Source: Vicugna vicugna
Lineage: Eukaryota
Length of the DNA: 64,000 nucleotides
Reading direction: 5' to 3'
Assembly (NCBI GenBank): GCA_013265495.1
Contig: MU058009.1
Location: forward strand, 3,305,780-3,369,779
How positions within the stretch are numbered: the stretch's first letter is position 1; the number at the start of each line of letters is the position of its first letter. The position numbers and the translations under genes are program-made. Shown here in pieces: positions 35,189 to 45,795 of this stretch. The notes under the pieces were generated by a model. That model was not told the origin of the DNA. It made no database searches and worked only from the letters and a program-made list of their open reading frames with translations.

Positions 35189-35406
35189 GTTTTTTTTTTT
35201 TTTGAAGTGTAGTTGATTTACAATGTTAGTTTCAGGTGTACAGCAAAGTGATTCAGTTATACAAACACATATATACACATCCTTTTTTGTATTCTTTTCC
35301 ATTATAGGTTATTATGAGACATTGAATGTAATTCCCTGTGCTGTACAGGAGGACCTTATTGTTTATCTATTTTACATATAGTAACGTGTGTCTGTTAATC
35401 CCCAAC
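35189..35406 (-). mobile_element. 5'-truncated L1 3'-UTR stub
   Basis: T-tract then TTGAAGTGTAGTTGATTTACAATGTTAGTTTCAGGTGTACAGC. TSD CCCCTTCAAGGGTT (35175-35188) / CCCCTTCCAGGGTT (35407-35420). Confidence 0.9.
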
Positions 35407-35866
35407 CCCCTTCCAGGGTTTCTTGATCACTGATTTTTTCAGGTGGATACTTGCCTGCACCAGCCTGATGGAATCCAAACCTCTTTGTTTCTGTTTCTGA
35501 GAAAGATTTTCTTCCTCCTATTTGTGAAGAAAATATTTCTTTAAAAAAGGAGAGAAAACCATAATTAAACTGTAGGATGTGCATAGAACCTGAGGCTGTC
35601 GAAGACAAAAAGCCTTGTGCAAATGAATTGCGAGAGAGAAATGGGGAAACACGCGGCATAATTTTCCCTGCGCGTGGCCTGTTTCTGCAGTTCCACTGTT
35701 GATGAACATGGGGTCTGTTTCTAGCAGTAGCTTAGGACACAGTTAACCAGGAATCGGTCCCCTGACCCCATGCACACCCCACCAGCCAGGACCCTAGGGT
35801 GTGCACCACCTGGACCGGCCCCTCCGGGTCCGCGGGGGCAGGGGACGCACGAGTGATCCCAGCGTC

Positions 35867-35885
35867 CACCGCTAGATGGAGCCCT
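35867..35885 (+). promoter_or_regulatory. Candidate CTCF site
   Basis: CACCGCTAGATGGAGCCCT is close to the CTCF core CCGCNAGRKGGCRS, with one mismatch in GGC. Confidence 0.35.
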
Positions 35886-36376
35886 TGCTATGCACAAGCC
35901 CAGCCCCCAGCGCCCCGGGGTGCGGGCGAAGCCTTTAGCTGGAGGGCAGTATTTTTCCAGTGGTACTTGGTTTAGGGAATCCATCTCTCTTCAGTTCGGC
36001 TGGAAGCCCAGCTGCTGTCGCAGGTGCTCAACAATTCTCAGCGTGGACCCGTTCACGGTACCCTTACGTGTGCACCGTCATGCACGCGAGCCCGCGCGCT
36101 CACACACACGCGCGCGCGCGGCACCCACTGCCTCTACCAACTGTTCCCTGGAGCTCTCGGCGAGTCCCGCTGGCAGCCTCGGTCCCTCCAGGCAGCTCTT
36201 CTGTAGCCAGAAACTCCCTGTTTCGGGGTGAGACTCTCTGGCTTCGTGAACACACAGCTTCACTGCAATTAGCTGTCTAATTGCTCACCCACACTGAGCC
36301 CATGTGTGTGTTACTAATTATGATTTATTTAAAAACCCTCTGCCATTCTTTGTTCTCTGTTTCCTCTCCACTGAAG

Positions 36377-36415
36377 GGCCAAGGGATGGATTTGATTTGC
36401 AAACTGTTGCGAATG
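36377..36415 (+). other. Candidate 39-nt exon of an unknown transcript
   Basis: TACTAAT branch-point match at 36312-36318, AG-free pyrimidine tract to the AAG acceptor at 36376, and donor ATG|GTAAGT. Confidence 0.35.
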
Positions 36416-36639
36416 GTAAGTTTTCCTTTCCTCTGTGCTGTCTGGGCTGCTCCTTCCAGGTTCAAAAGCAGACCTAATGCCCAGTGTGCCCACCTGCTAC
36501 CTGCTACCTGTCCCTCCTTCAAGAAAAGGTCTAAGCCTGGAAGGCGGTAACTGCCACATCAGATGTCACATTAACGCAGCGCTGACCCCCAGAGCTGTTC
36601 GTCTAACACAGACCAGATCCTACACCCACATTTCACACC

Positions 36640-37490
36640 CGTGTATACATCCCCATCTAACTGCACATAAGCTTTCCAGCTCAGTGTGTGCAAAACTGGG
36701 TCCCAAACTTTAGCCCCAAACCCACTCTGCCCCCATCCCTCCATCCCTCATCTTGTCCAGGCCGGAAACCCAGAAATCCTTGAGTCCTCACTTGTCATCA
36801 CTCCCAGTGTCTGTCTTCAGGTTTGATGAGTTTACTTCCTCCTGTCTCTCTACCTGTCCGGCACTCTCTCTTCTCCCTGCTGCCCTTTGAATCCAACCCT
36901 CCCATTCTGGCCTAGAGCACGGTCCTGGTCTCCCCTGGTCTCCCAGCATCCGATCTCGAGTCCCATCACCCCCAACCCCCGCCCCGTCCACACCACGGCC
37001 AGGCTGATCTGCCTGACACACCTCGTGCCCTCGCCTGGTTAAAAGCCCCCTGGGCCCCCAGCACATCTCATCAGACCTCTCCTGAGGGGCGCTCTGTCCC
37101 CCTCTCCTCTCCTGGGGCTCCCCCCTCAGTGAAGGAGCCTCGCTCCGTCTGCAGCTCCCTCCTGCCTTATCCTCATGCCCTGCAGAGACGCCCTCTCCAT
37201 CCTGGCCTGGAGAGACCCAGTCTCGTCCCTCAGCAGAGCCTCCCCTGGTCCCTACAGGTGCAGGCATTACACTTCCTGTCGGAGCCCGCGTCGCACACAG
37301 TGCTGTTGCCTCCCTGTTTGTCTTCCCTCCCAGACGACAAGCTCCGGGAGGTGGGGACATCTTCCCACCCCGGCCGTCTCCCCAGCGCCCGACACCTGAC
37401 GGTCACCCTGCGAATGCTTAGAGCAGGAACAGAAGCCAAGACAACACTGGCATTGCCGTGGGGTGGTGCCCAGCAAATGCCAGCGGGAGG
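36640..37490 (+). mobile_element. L2 LINE fragment(s), decayed and GC-enriched
   Basis: CAGCTCAGTGTGTGCAAAACTG, CCAGGCCGGAAACCCAG, TGTTTGTCTTCCCTCCCAGACGACAAGCTCCGGGAGG and CCCCAGCGCCCGACAC are L2 landmarks. Confidence 0.6.
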
Positions 37491-37494
37491 GGCT

Positions 37495-37521
37495 GGTGTC
37501 TGTGTGTGCGTGTGTGAGTGC

Positions 37522-37561
<40 letters not shown>

Positions 37562-37570
37562 CTGAGAGAG
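37495..37570. repeat. Compound (TG)n(AG)n microsatellite
   Basis: Seen directly. Confidence 0.95.
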
Positions 37571-39362
37571 AACAGGAGGGGTTCTGGGCTCACAGCAGGC
37601 CCTCAATCTCTCCCTTTTAGTTAATTATTATCTAAACGCAGACCCGCAGGGCACATGGCATTTTGCTTGCAGCCTGGGGGAAGCTACCTCCAAAGTGAAA
37701 TATGCATAGAGTAGACAGATGTCTGCACCGCCAAGCCCTGCGTGAAGGTGAGAAGAACGTTTCATGAGAGACACCTGAGCAAGCAAAGGACCGCCGTCAG
37801 GGACCAGTGCCCAAGGGCCCTGCCTCTGGACAGACCCTAACTGGCCACCCTCATGGGAGTTCTCATCCGTGACCAGGAATCACAGAGAGGGACAGAGGAA
37901 GGACCGAGGTGCTACTGCACTCACGTTTTAGCTTCGAAATGGTCAAAGTGAGGCCTGGAGTGTAGACACGGCACTTCCTGAGAGTGGGAGACAGAGAAGC
38001 AGTGAAGCACTGCCCGGAGCCCTGGGACTTGCCACCCAGCCCGGCGGCACGCCCTCGGCAGCCAGCCTCCAACCCCGCCCTGGGTCTCCTCGCTGCCTCA
38101 CTGCGGGGTCCTGTCCTTCCCAGAGCAGCCCCCGTCCAGTGACCATGCCAGGAGCAGAACAGAGGTAAAGTATTATTCATTTCTGAAATGAAACGCTCTG
38201 AGCACCCTCTGTTTACCGAGTATCTGTTAGCGCTGCAGACTGGATCTGAAATTCTGAAAATGAATCTGTTCATAGATTTATTTGTTTAATCTTGTAGTTT
38301 GACCGTCGGTTGTCAGTTCTGTGTGTTGCTGGGTGCTCTCAGAGAGCAGAGCCGCCCTGTGTTCTCCTGTGTGCAGCATCACTGACCAGGTGTCGATCAG
38401 CGCTGCTGTCCCGTGATGCTCTAACTCAGCAACAGAAAGAGGCTTCTAGTGGGCTGTGCAGCCTCGAGTGAAGTCTTGGGGGAAAGGCGAACCCAGGGCC
38501 TGCCAGAAATGCAGGCTTCTTACCACGCATCTCTGAACCCTCACGTCCTGTTCCCGCAGGGGGCTGTGGACACACCTGAAGTTCATGAATAGCCTGAAAT
38601 GATGAAAATTTATGAGGTCAGTGTCTGCGTTTTTTTTTTTCTTGGGAAGGAATAAGGGGAGGACATACACTTTCCATCAGGTTCTCAGAGCTGCTGCAAT
38701 GATTATAAAACAAAACAAAACAAAACCCCTGAATGTGAAGCCTTGGTGTTGCTTCCTTCTGTGCAGCCTGGTGTAAAGCGTTTTGCAGCTGGGGTCTCGG
38801 TTTCTCATGTGGACACGGAACCTCCTGCCTCCTGATGCCCACCCTTGCCGTGGTGATCGCAGGAGATGAGCGATGAACGCCCTCTCCACGGCACCTGTTC
38901 ACCTTGAGGGGGGAGGCATCCTCCTGGGAAGCTGAGTCATAGGGTGTGGAAGGGGCGAGACTCCAACGGTAACCAAGTACACGTGTCTTAGGCCTGGCTC
39001 ATCCAGATGTCGACATTCAGAAAGGATCTGCGTGCGAGTGGTTTCGCTGGGAGGTGATGCCAGGAGACAGGAGGGGGAGTGTTTGAGTGAACAGGGAGGG
39101 GCCGGAAGCCTGCCTGCGAGGGCTTGTTTCTGGGAGTAGCTGGGACTCAGCCCCAAAGTGCAGAGCATGCCCTGAGATGTCCTCCCTGGGGGCCCAGCCT
39201 GCACGGGCAGGGGGAGCGTCGGGCTGAGTCACAGGTGCTGCGAGAGGAGGCCGCCTGCGCGCACTGGAGTGTGAGAGCCACGTGGTGGGGCAGCGGCAGG
39301 GTGGCCACGGCAAACTCCCAGCTGGAGACGGTCTCTTGCATTACCTGTACCATATCCCCAGT

Positions 39363-39537
39363 CAGTGGTTCCCAAACGTAGCTTCCTGCTAGGATCACCT
39401 GGAAGACTGGAAAAGAAAATCCGTTTACAGGACCTGAAGTTGGGACATTTTAATTCACTATGTCTAGGGCAAGTTCTGATAACTGACAATTTTCAAAGGC
39501 TCTCTACGTAATTCTAATGGTCAGTTTGGGAAACATG
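39363..39537. mobile_element. MER5-like hAT-Charlie MITE
   Basis: Inverted termini CAGTGGTTCCCAAAC ... GTTTGGGAAACATG, with internal GGATCACCTGGAAG and TAATTCTAATG. Confidence 0.65.
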
Positions 39538-40124
39538 GCACTTAGAAAACCCATTTGATGTAGATGTAATTTGCTCCATTTTGAAGGTGAGGAAGCTGTC
39601 TTGATGTGTTGAGTGTTTTTTGCAGTATTTCTCCTGGATTGTGGTGGAAGTAGCATTCCAACCAATGCCCACCCCTTCACGCCAGTGTCCCGCGGCCTCT
39701 TTCAGACCCTCTTTCTCTTTAGAGGCCACATCTCTTGAACTTCAGGGGAGAGGGTGGGACACGCACCTGCTGAAGTGCAGAATCCTAGCCTTGCACCTCC
39801 GAAGGCGTCTGTGTTACCGACCAACAGTGAAGCTGCTCCTCCTTTGTTATCATGTCCTCTGCCCCGGCCGGGTTCCTAGCACCCCATGCCTGGATTATTG
39901 AAGTGTCTCCCTACCTCCTGCCTTCAGTCACTCCTTTCTCTAGTCCTGTGACATCCTGCCAACACAGCCTTCATCACACCTTCTCTTCCCTGGAAGCCTG
40001 CAGGGGCCCCTCATTCCTCCTCCATAAAACCGGGTCAGACCCTCCTGATGGGATACAGAGCCACTCACGACCCACCTCCCATCCCACGTTTCCAGCCTTC
40101 ATCGTCTGTCTCACGGAGGATGAC

Positions 40125-40560
40125 CTACCAGTCAGCATGCAGGCAGGAAGCCAGAAACCTCTCCAGGTATCTGAAGAAAAACAATTTTAAAAAGGGAGTT
40201 GATTAGCTAGGCATCGGAGGACTGAGAAAACCAAAAGGGGACTTGAGGCCTCACAGAGGTTATGACTACGGGAAGGGCTGGAAGGCAGAGGGAAGACACT
40301 AATGAGGCCCGAGGAGCTCAGAGGAGCTCAGTGGAGCTGAGGCGCAGCTCTCCAAGGAGGGGAGCCTCCCCAGAGCTGCTGGTACCTCAAGAGCTTGGGG
40401 GGGGTCCTTCAAAGAGGCGCCCACACCTCGGGGGGCAGGGCTCGCCCAGCTTCCGCTGTAGCTCAGGAGTTTGGAGTAAGGCCCCTCTTGAGGGGGGCTT
40501 GTACCTCCGAGGGCGCAGGAGGGCCAGGAGACAAAGGGTCCTGAGGCTGGAGCCCTGAGG
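40125..40560. mobile_element. Possible ancient LTR fragment
   Basis: CAGTCAGCATGCAGGCAGGAAGCCAGAAACCTCTCCAGGTAT...TTTAAAAAGGGAGTTG resembles ends of very old mammalian LTRs. Family unresolved. Confidence 0.3.
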
Positions 40561-41509
40561 CGGCACCCTGTTAACGGGGCAAGCCTGGCAGGAGGAGCAG
40601 GCTCACGGGAGGGGCCGAGTCCCGGACGTGCCCTGGTCTTCCCGCCTCACGCCAGAGTCCCCTGTTTGTGGGGCCTCACGGGGGGCCAGCTAGCCTGCGG
40701 CTGGAGTGGTGGCCGCCAGGTGGGCTCAGCCGCTGTGCATCTCAGGCTCATGCTACCCTGTCTGGTGGGATCCCCCCACCACCAGGCTGCTCCGCATCAG
40801 CTCTCACACGTCTTCCCTCTGAGCAGACCTCGGGGCCTTCCCCCAGCTGGAAGTTATGCTTTCCTTTTCAGCTCCCCTCTGCCGTTCCTGCTTCTGTGGG
40901 GCGGTGTTCATGCTGTGTTACAGTGGCCTCCTGTCTGTTCCTCTGCTTGAGGGCAAACCCTCCAAGAGGAGGATGTTCGTTATTACTGGCTGTGCCTCTG
41001 AGAGTTCAGTGAGTGTGGACAGACCTGTGGGGCAGGTGGGCCTCGCCCTGTGTCTCTGTCAACAGTCTTAGCTGTTGGCAAACATGGAAACAGAAAAATA
41101 AAACAGACATGGCTTCTAGGATCGTTGGAGAATTTAGAAATCCCGTTGGATTTCCAGTTCCTGGGTCCCTTTGGTCTGAAGAGCACAGACCTTGGCAGGT
41201 GTTTGGTCGTGCCTTGCATAGCCCACGTCTCTGTCCTTCTCTCATTTACCTCTTTTCTCTTATTTCCACAGGACCTTGATTGTCTCCCCAGCAATTAATT
41301 CCTGCTGAGGTTTTAATAATCGCCTAGAGGTTCCGGGATGTTTTTATTTTAACGTGAATTCTCAGAGACTGCCAGTTCTTCTAGAATCTGAGGTCTGTGT
41401 TGCTAATGGTGGAATTTCAGGTCTTTACAACAGGCTGTGTGCACAGGTATTTTTGGCAGCCTTCATATTCATACTTGTGTTCCTAAAAACTCATTCAAAT
41501 TCAGACCCA

Positions 41510-41755
41510 GCGAGTGCTCATCTGGCATTAGGGTATTCTGAGCATCCTGTTAAGCGTGTTTGCATTCATTCTATCACCCAATTGAATCTTCGCAGCAACT
41601 CTGAGGTAGGAATTATTACCCCATATTTATACCTAAGGAAACTGGGGATCAGAGAGATCAAATGAATTCCTGTGATCACGCAGCAGGTGAGTGATGGGGC
41701 TGGAATGTAAACGCAGGTCCGTTTGACTCTGTGCTCACGGCTCCTTCCCATTACT
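41510..41755 (-). mobile_element. MIR SINE
   Basis: AATCTTCGCAGCAACTCTGAGGTAGGAATTATTACCCCAT...AGGAAACTGGGGATCAGAGAG...GATCACGCAGC is the MIR core in reverse. Confidence 0.8.
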
Positions 41756-42269
41756 TCTGCTATGTGTGGGCTCAGCTCCAAAGTGGACCCGGATGCGGCA
41801 GGGAAGGCCACGCCCCCTGTGGGGAAGGACCGTCCTTCTGCAGAGGGCAAGGGCCCTTGTTCTCCAGAATGACGCAAGGGTCCTGCTCCCGGGGAGAAAC
41901 CGACGGGCGGGCTGTGGTCCAGTACCAGCGCCCCTGTCTGGGGAACTGAGGCTTTGCTGCGGGGTCATTTGACTTCCCTGAAGCTGTGGGTTTTCTGGGT
42001 TGTGGGGATAGGACGAATACCCCCGTTTTGGAACGTGGGGCTCTTTTATCTGCAAGGTTGAGACCTCTGTTGAGTCTTTGAGGACTCTCAGACGACCTTG
42101 AAGGGTCAGAAGTGTGGGAACCTTGAATCTCTGGTTTAAAAATCAGCTTTTTGAGGGCGGGCGCTTCAGTCACCAGTTCATGACCTGTGCGGGAGGTGTA
42201 TGAGCAGGTCTGAGGCCCCAGTGTGAACACATCCCCAGCATGACCTTTAGGGGTCCAGCCGCCCACTCG

Positions 42270-43700
42270 TGACGAATCCACGCCGAGCAGCCCCCCGTTG
42301 CTTGCTGGGTATTGGAGCGGGCCTTCAGCTGCCCCGGGGAGTAATTCACGGCGCTCCTCCCCTGCCGCTGCGGCCGCCTCCGAGGGCTCTGGGCTCTGCC
42401 CTGCGCTGCGGCTCCTGCGCTCCCGGGGGCTCTGGCTGCGGGAGGGAGACGCGTGAGGGTGTGGTCCCCCGGGGCGAGGCCAGCGCAGTCCCGGTTTCTG
42501 TGGCGCCCTCGAGACCCCAGACTGCTGCGTCTCCCACGTCTCTCGTCGCAACGTTTAGCGCTGCCTTGTAGTTCACCCGAGGACATGTTCCGGGGAAATC
42601 ATAGAATATTTATTAGCGTTATTACATTTTCTCCTGCACCTTTTATCCCGGAGGATCCCCAAATGCTTTGCTAACAGAATATCCAGGGAGATTTTACCCA
42701 TGTCTAAAATCGAGCTGCGTTTCTTCTTTCTTCGCTCCCCGCACTCCTCTCTGCTTTCCCGCCGCCCACGTTCGCCTGAATTGTTACGACCCCCCGTTGC
42801 TTAGCGCGTAACCCTGACGTGTCTGAAGCTGGTGGTGTTGATGTCCTCTGGCGGCCGTGACAAACGACCGCAAACCTGGGGCCTTGGAACAACGCACGCC
42901 TGCTCTCTCCCGGCCTGGAGTCGGAAATGCAAGGTGGGCTGCACATGGGGGCGGGGGCCGCGGAGAGCTGGCGGCCCGGCTCCGGCCGGCGCTCCGGCGC
43001 GGCCGCTCCCTGCGCCCCCACGCGCAGGCCCGCGCCCCCTGCGCGCCTCGGCTCGTGGCCTCTTCCGCGTCCCCGGGGCCGGCGGCGTGGCACCTGCAGT
43101 TCTCGCTCCGTCCCGTCTTCACGTTGCTTTCTGTTCTGCACCGAAGCCTCCCCCGGCCCTCCTCTCACAAGGACACGTGTGGAAGCACTGGGGGTCTCCT
43201 GGCGCCATCCCAGGTAATCTCGTCACATCGGCAGTCACGTCTGCCAGCAGAGCAACAGTCGGGTTCCGGGGACTAGAGTTTTGGTGTCTCTGGGGCCGTC
43301 ATGCAGCCTACCCCCGGGCAACGGAGGCTCTTGTCACCTGAGCAAAGTCAGCTCTGGTTCCCCGCCGCTCCCACCGCACACCACACACCTTGGCCAGCCG
43401 GGCCGCTCAGCCCGGGTCAGAACGTTTTGCACATTGCTGCGCTGGCATCTTCATTCACGGCTTGCTTTGTTTGGACCAGAAATGCTCCCTTTCCCCGCGG
43501 TTCCCCGCCCTCCCCGTGCCCCGAACCCCTCTGAAGGGCCCCCTGCTGCTCCTCGGCTCGTGCGCGTGAGCTTGGACAGGTGCTGCCGGCTCAGCGGCGC
43601 GCTCCCTCCCGCGACGCTCGCCGTCCCTGGCGGGACCGCCGCCTGCCTTTCGCGGGGCGCCTCTGGTAAATGCCGCGTGAATTGCTGCCACAGGCGTGAC
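42270..43700. promoter_or_regulatory. CpG island-like region (orphan)
   Basis: Densest CpG content in the window, including NotI sites GCGGCCGC (~42370, ~42999) and many CGCG. No coding exon recognised. Confidence 0.6.
42836..43315 (-). mobile_element. MLT1D-like MaLR solo LTR, strongly GC-shifted
   Basis: Colinear with recalled MLT1D in reverse: GCCGTGACAAACGACCGCAAACC, CTCGGCTCGTGGCCTCTTCC, CTCTCACAAGGACAC, TCACATCGGCA, GGGTTCCGGGGACTAG and GGGGCCGTCATGCAGCCTACC. Confidence 0.8.
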
Positions 43701-45012
43701 AGGACAGGGGACGTTCGCAGGCTGATTCTACAAGCTGTGGTTTTTGTCACGCAGCAAACATTCGTTGTTCATTTAAAGATATTTACTAAGTTTTCCTCTG
43801 ACTCCAGCCCAGTTCAGTGTGATGAGCAGGGATGCCTTAGCCATTAAGGAGCTTAAGACTTTGAGGAGGCTCTGGGCACCGAGTAAGGAAGTAGGATTCC
43901 TGCAAAGCAAAAGAGGAGCTCTGGGTGCTGTGAGAGCCCCCAGCAGGGGCCTGCCTGGCCTCCCCGGGAGAGTCGATGGAAATTAATTCTGCAATTAAAG
44001 CGTCCACTCGAAGGACAATCATAGCGTTATTATTCACAACAAAGATCCACTTTCCGTCCGCATGGTGCTTTTTATGAGGTGTGACCATAATGTAATAGAG
44101 TGATTTTTTTTTAAACAAACACAACAAATTATATTACAGGGAATCTCAGCGGTGGAGGGGAACTTCAAGGCCATATTGTTCAACTGTCTTTCTCAGGCGG
44201 CTGTTCCTGCTGCATCCTGCCCGATGCGTGTTTGCCTGGATTCTGTTCGAACCATCTGCAGGGAGTGTTGTTTTTCAGAAAAGTCACCTTGGATACCACG
44301 TGTACGTTAGACAATACAGAGGAAAGCGGGTGCCGTGTAAGTCTGGTACATGCATGTAGATTGTATATAGAGATACCTGTGTGTATATGTATGTATGTGT
44401 GAACATGTGCACACACATGCATATATGTAGTTACATAATAGACTCACTTTTTAAACTGTGAACAAAACTCTTGTTATTTGAAGATTTGCTGTGGAAACAG
44501 TGCCCTGTGTTTGTTTCCTGGCTCCGTGTGTGTAAAAGGCGATATAAAGGCAGTTTCTGGTGAGGGGTTGAGTCCAGGCGGGGGAACGAGAGGGAATTTT
44601 CACCAGTTCTGAGGGCTGCAGGTTCATGTCACCTCCGTGCTGACAAAAACACTCAGTTAACAGATTAACCCAATAGCAAAATATTAATGTGTTAGGGGTG
44701 CAAATCATTAATAAGTTCAGAAGAAATTAGTCTATGCTAAATCTGTGTGCGTGTGTGTGTCTGTGACTGTGTATGTAAGGCAGCTGTGCTGTGATTCTGC
44801 AGTCCTGAGAGCGGAGCTCCAGCAGTATCCGGGAAAATAGCATTATTGTTGGAGCCCACTGGGATGTATCTATTCTCTCTCAAGTCACTAGTTTGACCAG
44901 GAACACATTCAGGCGTATACAAGCCTGTAGCTATTTCAGAACAATTTTGCAAGGACAACATCTACATAGTATCTCTTCTCCTTTCTAAAAGGGAGGGCCA
45001 AGCTCAAAAGCA

Positions 45013-45220
45013 GGCGGCTTAATGGAAGGACCATGAGACTCGGAGCCACCAGACAGATGAGAGGTCAGATCATGGCTCTGCCACTTAGATGCTGTGTGGC
45101 CTTAATGAAGTTACTTACTGTCTCTGAGTCAGTTTCATCTGTTAAATGAGGCTAATCACGCTTTCTTCACAGGCCGGCTGCGGCGAGTAAGTATGTTCAG
45201 CACGTAGTGGAACTCAAGTC
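45013..45220 (+). mobile_element. MIR SINE
   Basis: GGCTCTGCCACTTAGATGCTGTGTGGCCTT...AAGTTACTTACTGTCTCTGAGTCAGTTTCATCTGTTAAATGAGGCTAAT. Confidence 0.8.
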
Positions 45221-45534
45221 ACAGTCTGCCCTTTCCTGAAGCTGGGACTCACCTTCTATCTCATTTCGTGGTAAATAAAATAAGAAATAAGAATGTAAGA
45301 TGAGTTTTCTAAGATTCCATGATTTTCTGAATACAAAGTCCAGGCTAGTTGATTCTTACATACTATTCTTTTTTATTCTGTCCAAAAAGAAGTGTGCGTT
45401 ATTTTTCATTTTTTTTGAAAGAAATAAATACAAACAGACGCTTCTGTGTGCACTTGCCTGTATCCTCTCCGGACACTTGACTTTTCAGCTGGGTAGGGCC
45501 CCCTCCTGGACCTGAGACAGGGTGCACTGGCACC

Positions 45535-45795
45535 TTGTTGTTGTTTTTAAATTGAAGTACAGTCAATTGCAATGTGTCAGTCTCTGCTGCACAGCACAAT
45601 GTCCTGGTTGTGCATATACATACATATATTTATTTTCATATTTTTTCCATTAAAGTTATTACAAGATATTGAACATAGTTCCCTGTGCTATACAAAAGAA
45701 ACCTTTTTTAAAAAATCTATTTTTATATATAGTGGCTAACACTGGTAAACCTCAAACTCCCAAGTTTATCCCCTCCCCCCCCTTCCCCGGTACCC
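45535..45795 (-). mobile_element. 5'-truncated L1 3'-UTR stub
   Basis: TTTAAATTGAAGTACAGTC...TACAAGATATTGAACATAGTTCCCTGTGCTATAC is the same 3'UTR family as 23745 and 11210. Confidence 0.88.
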
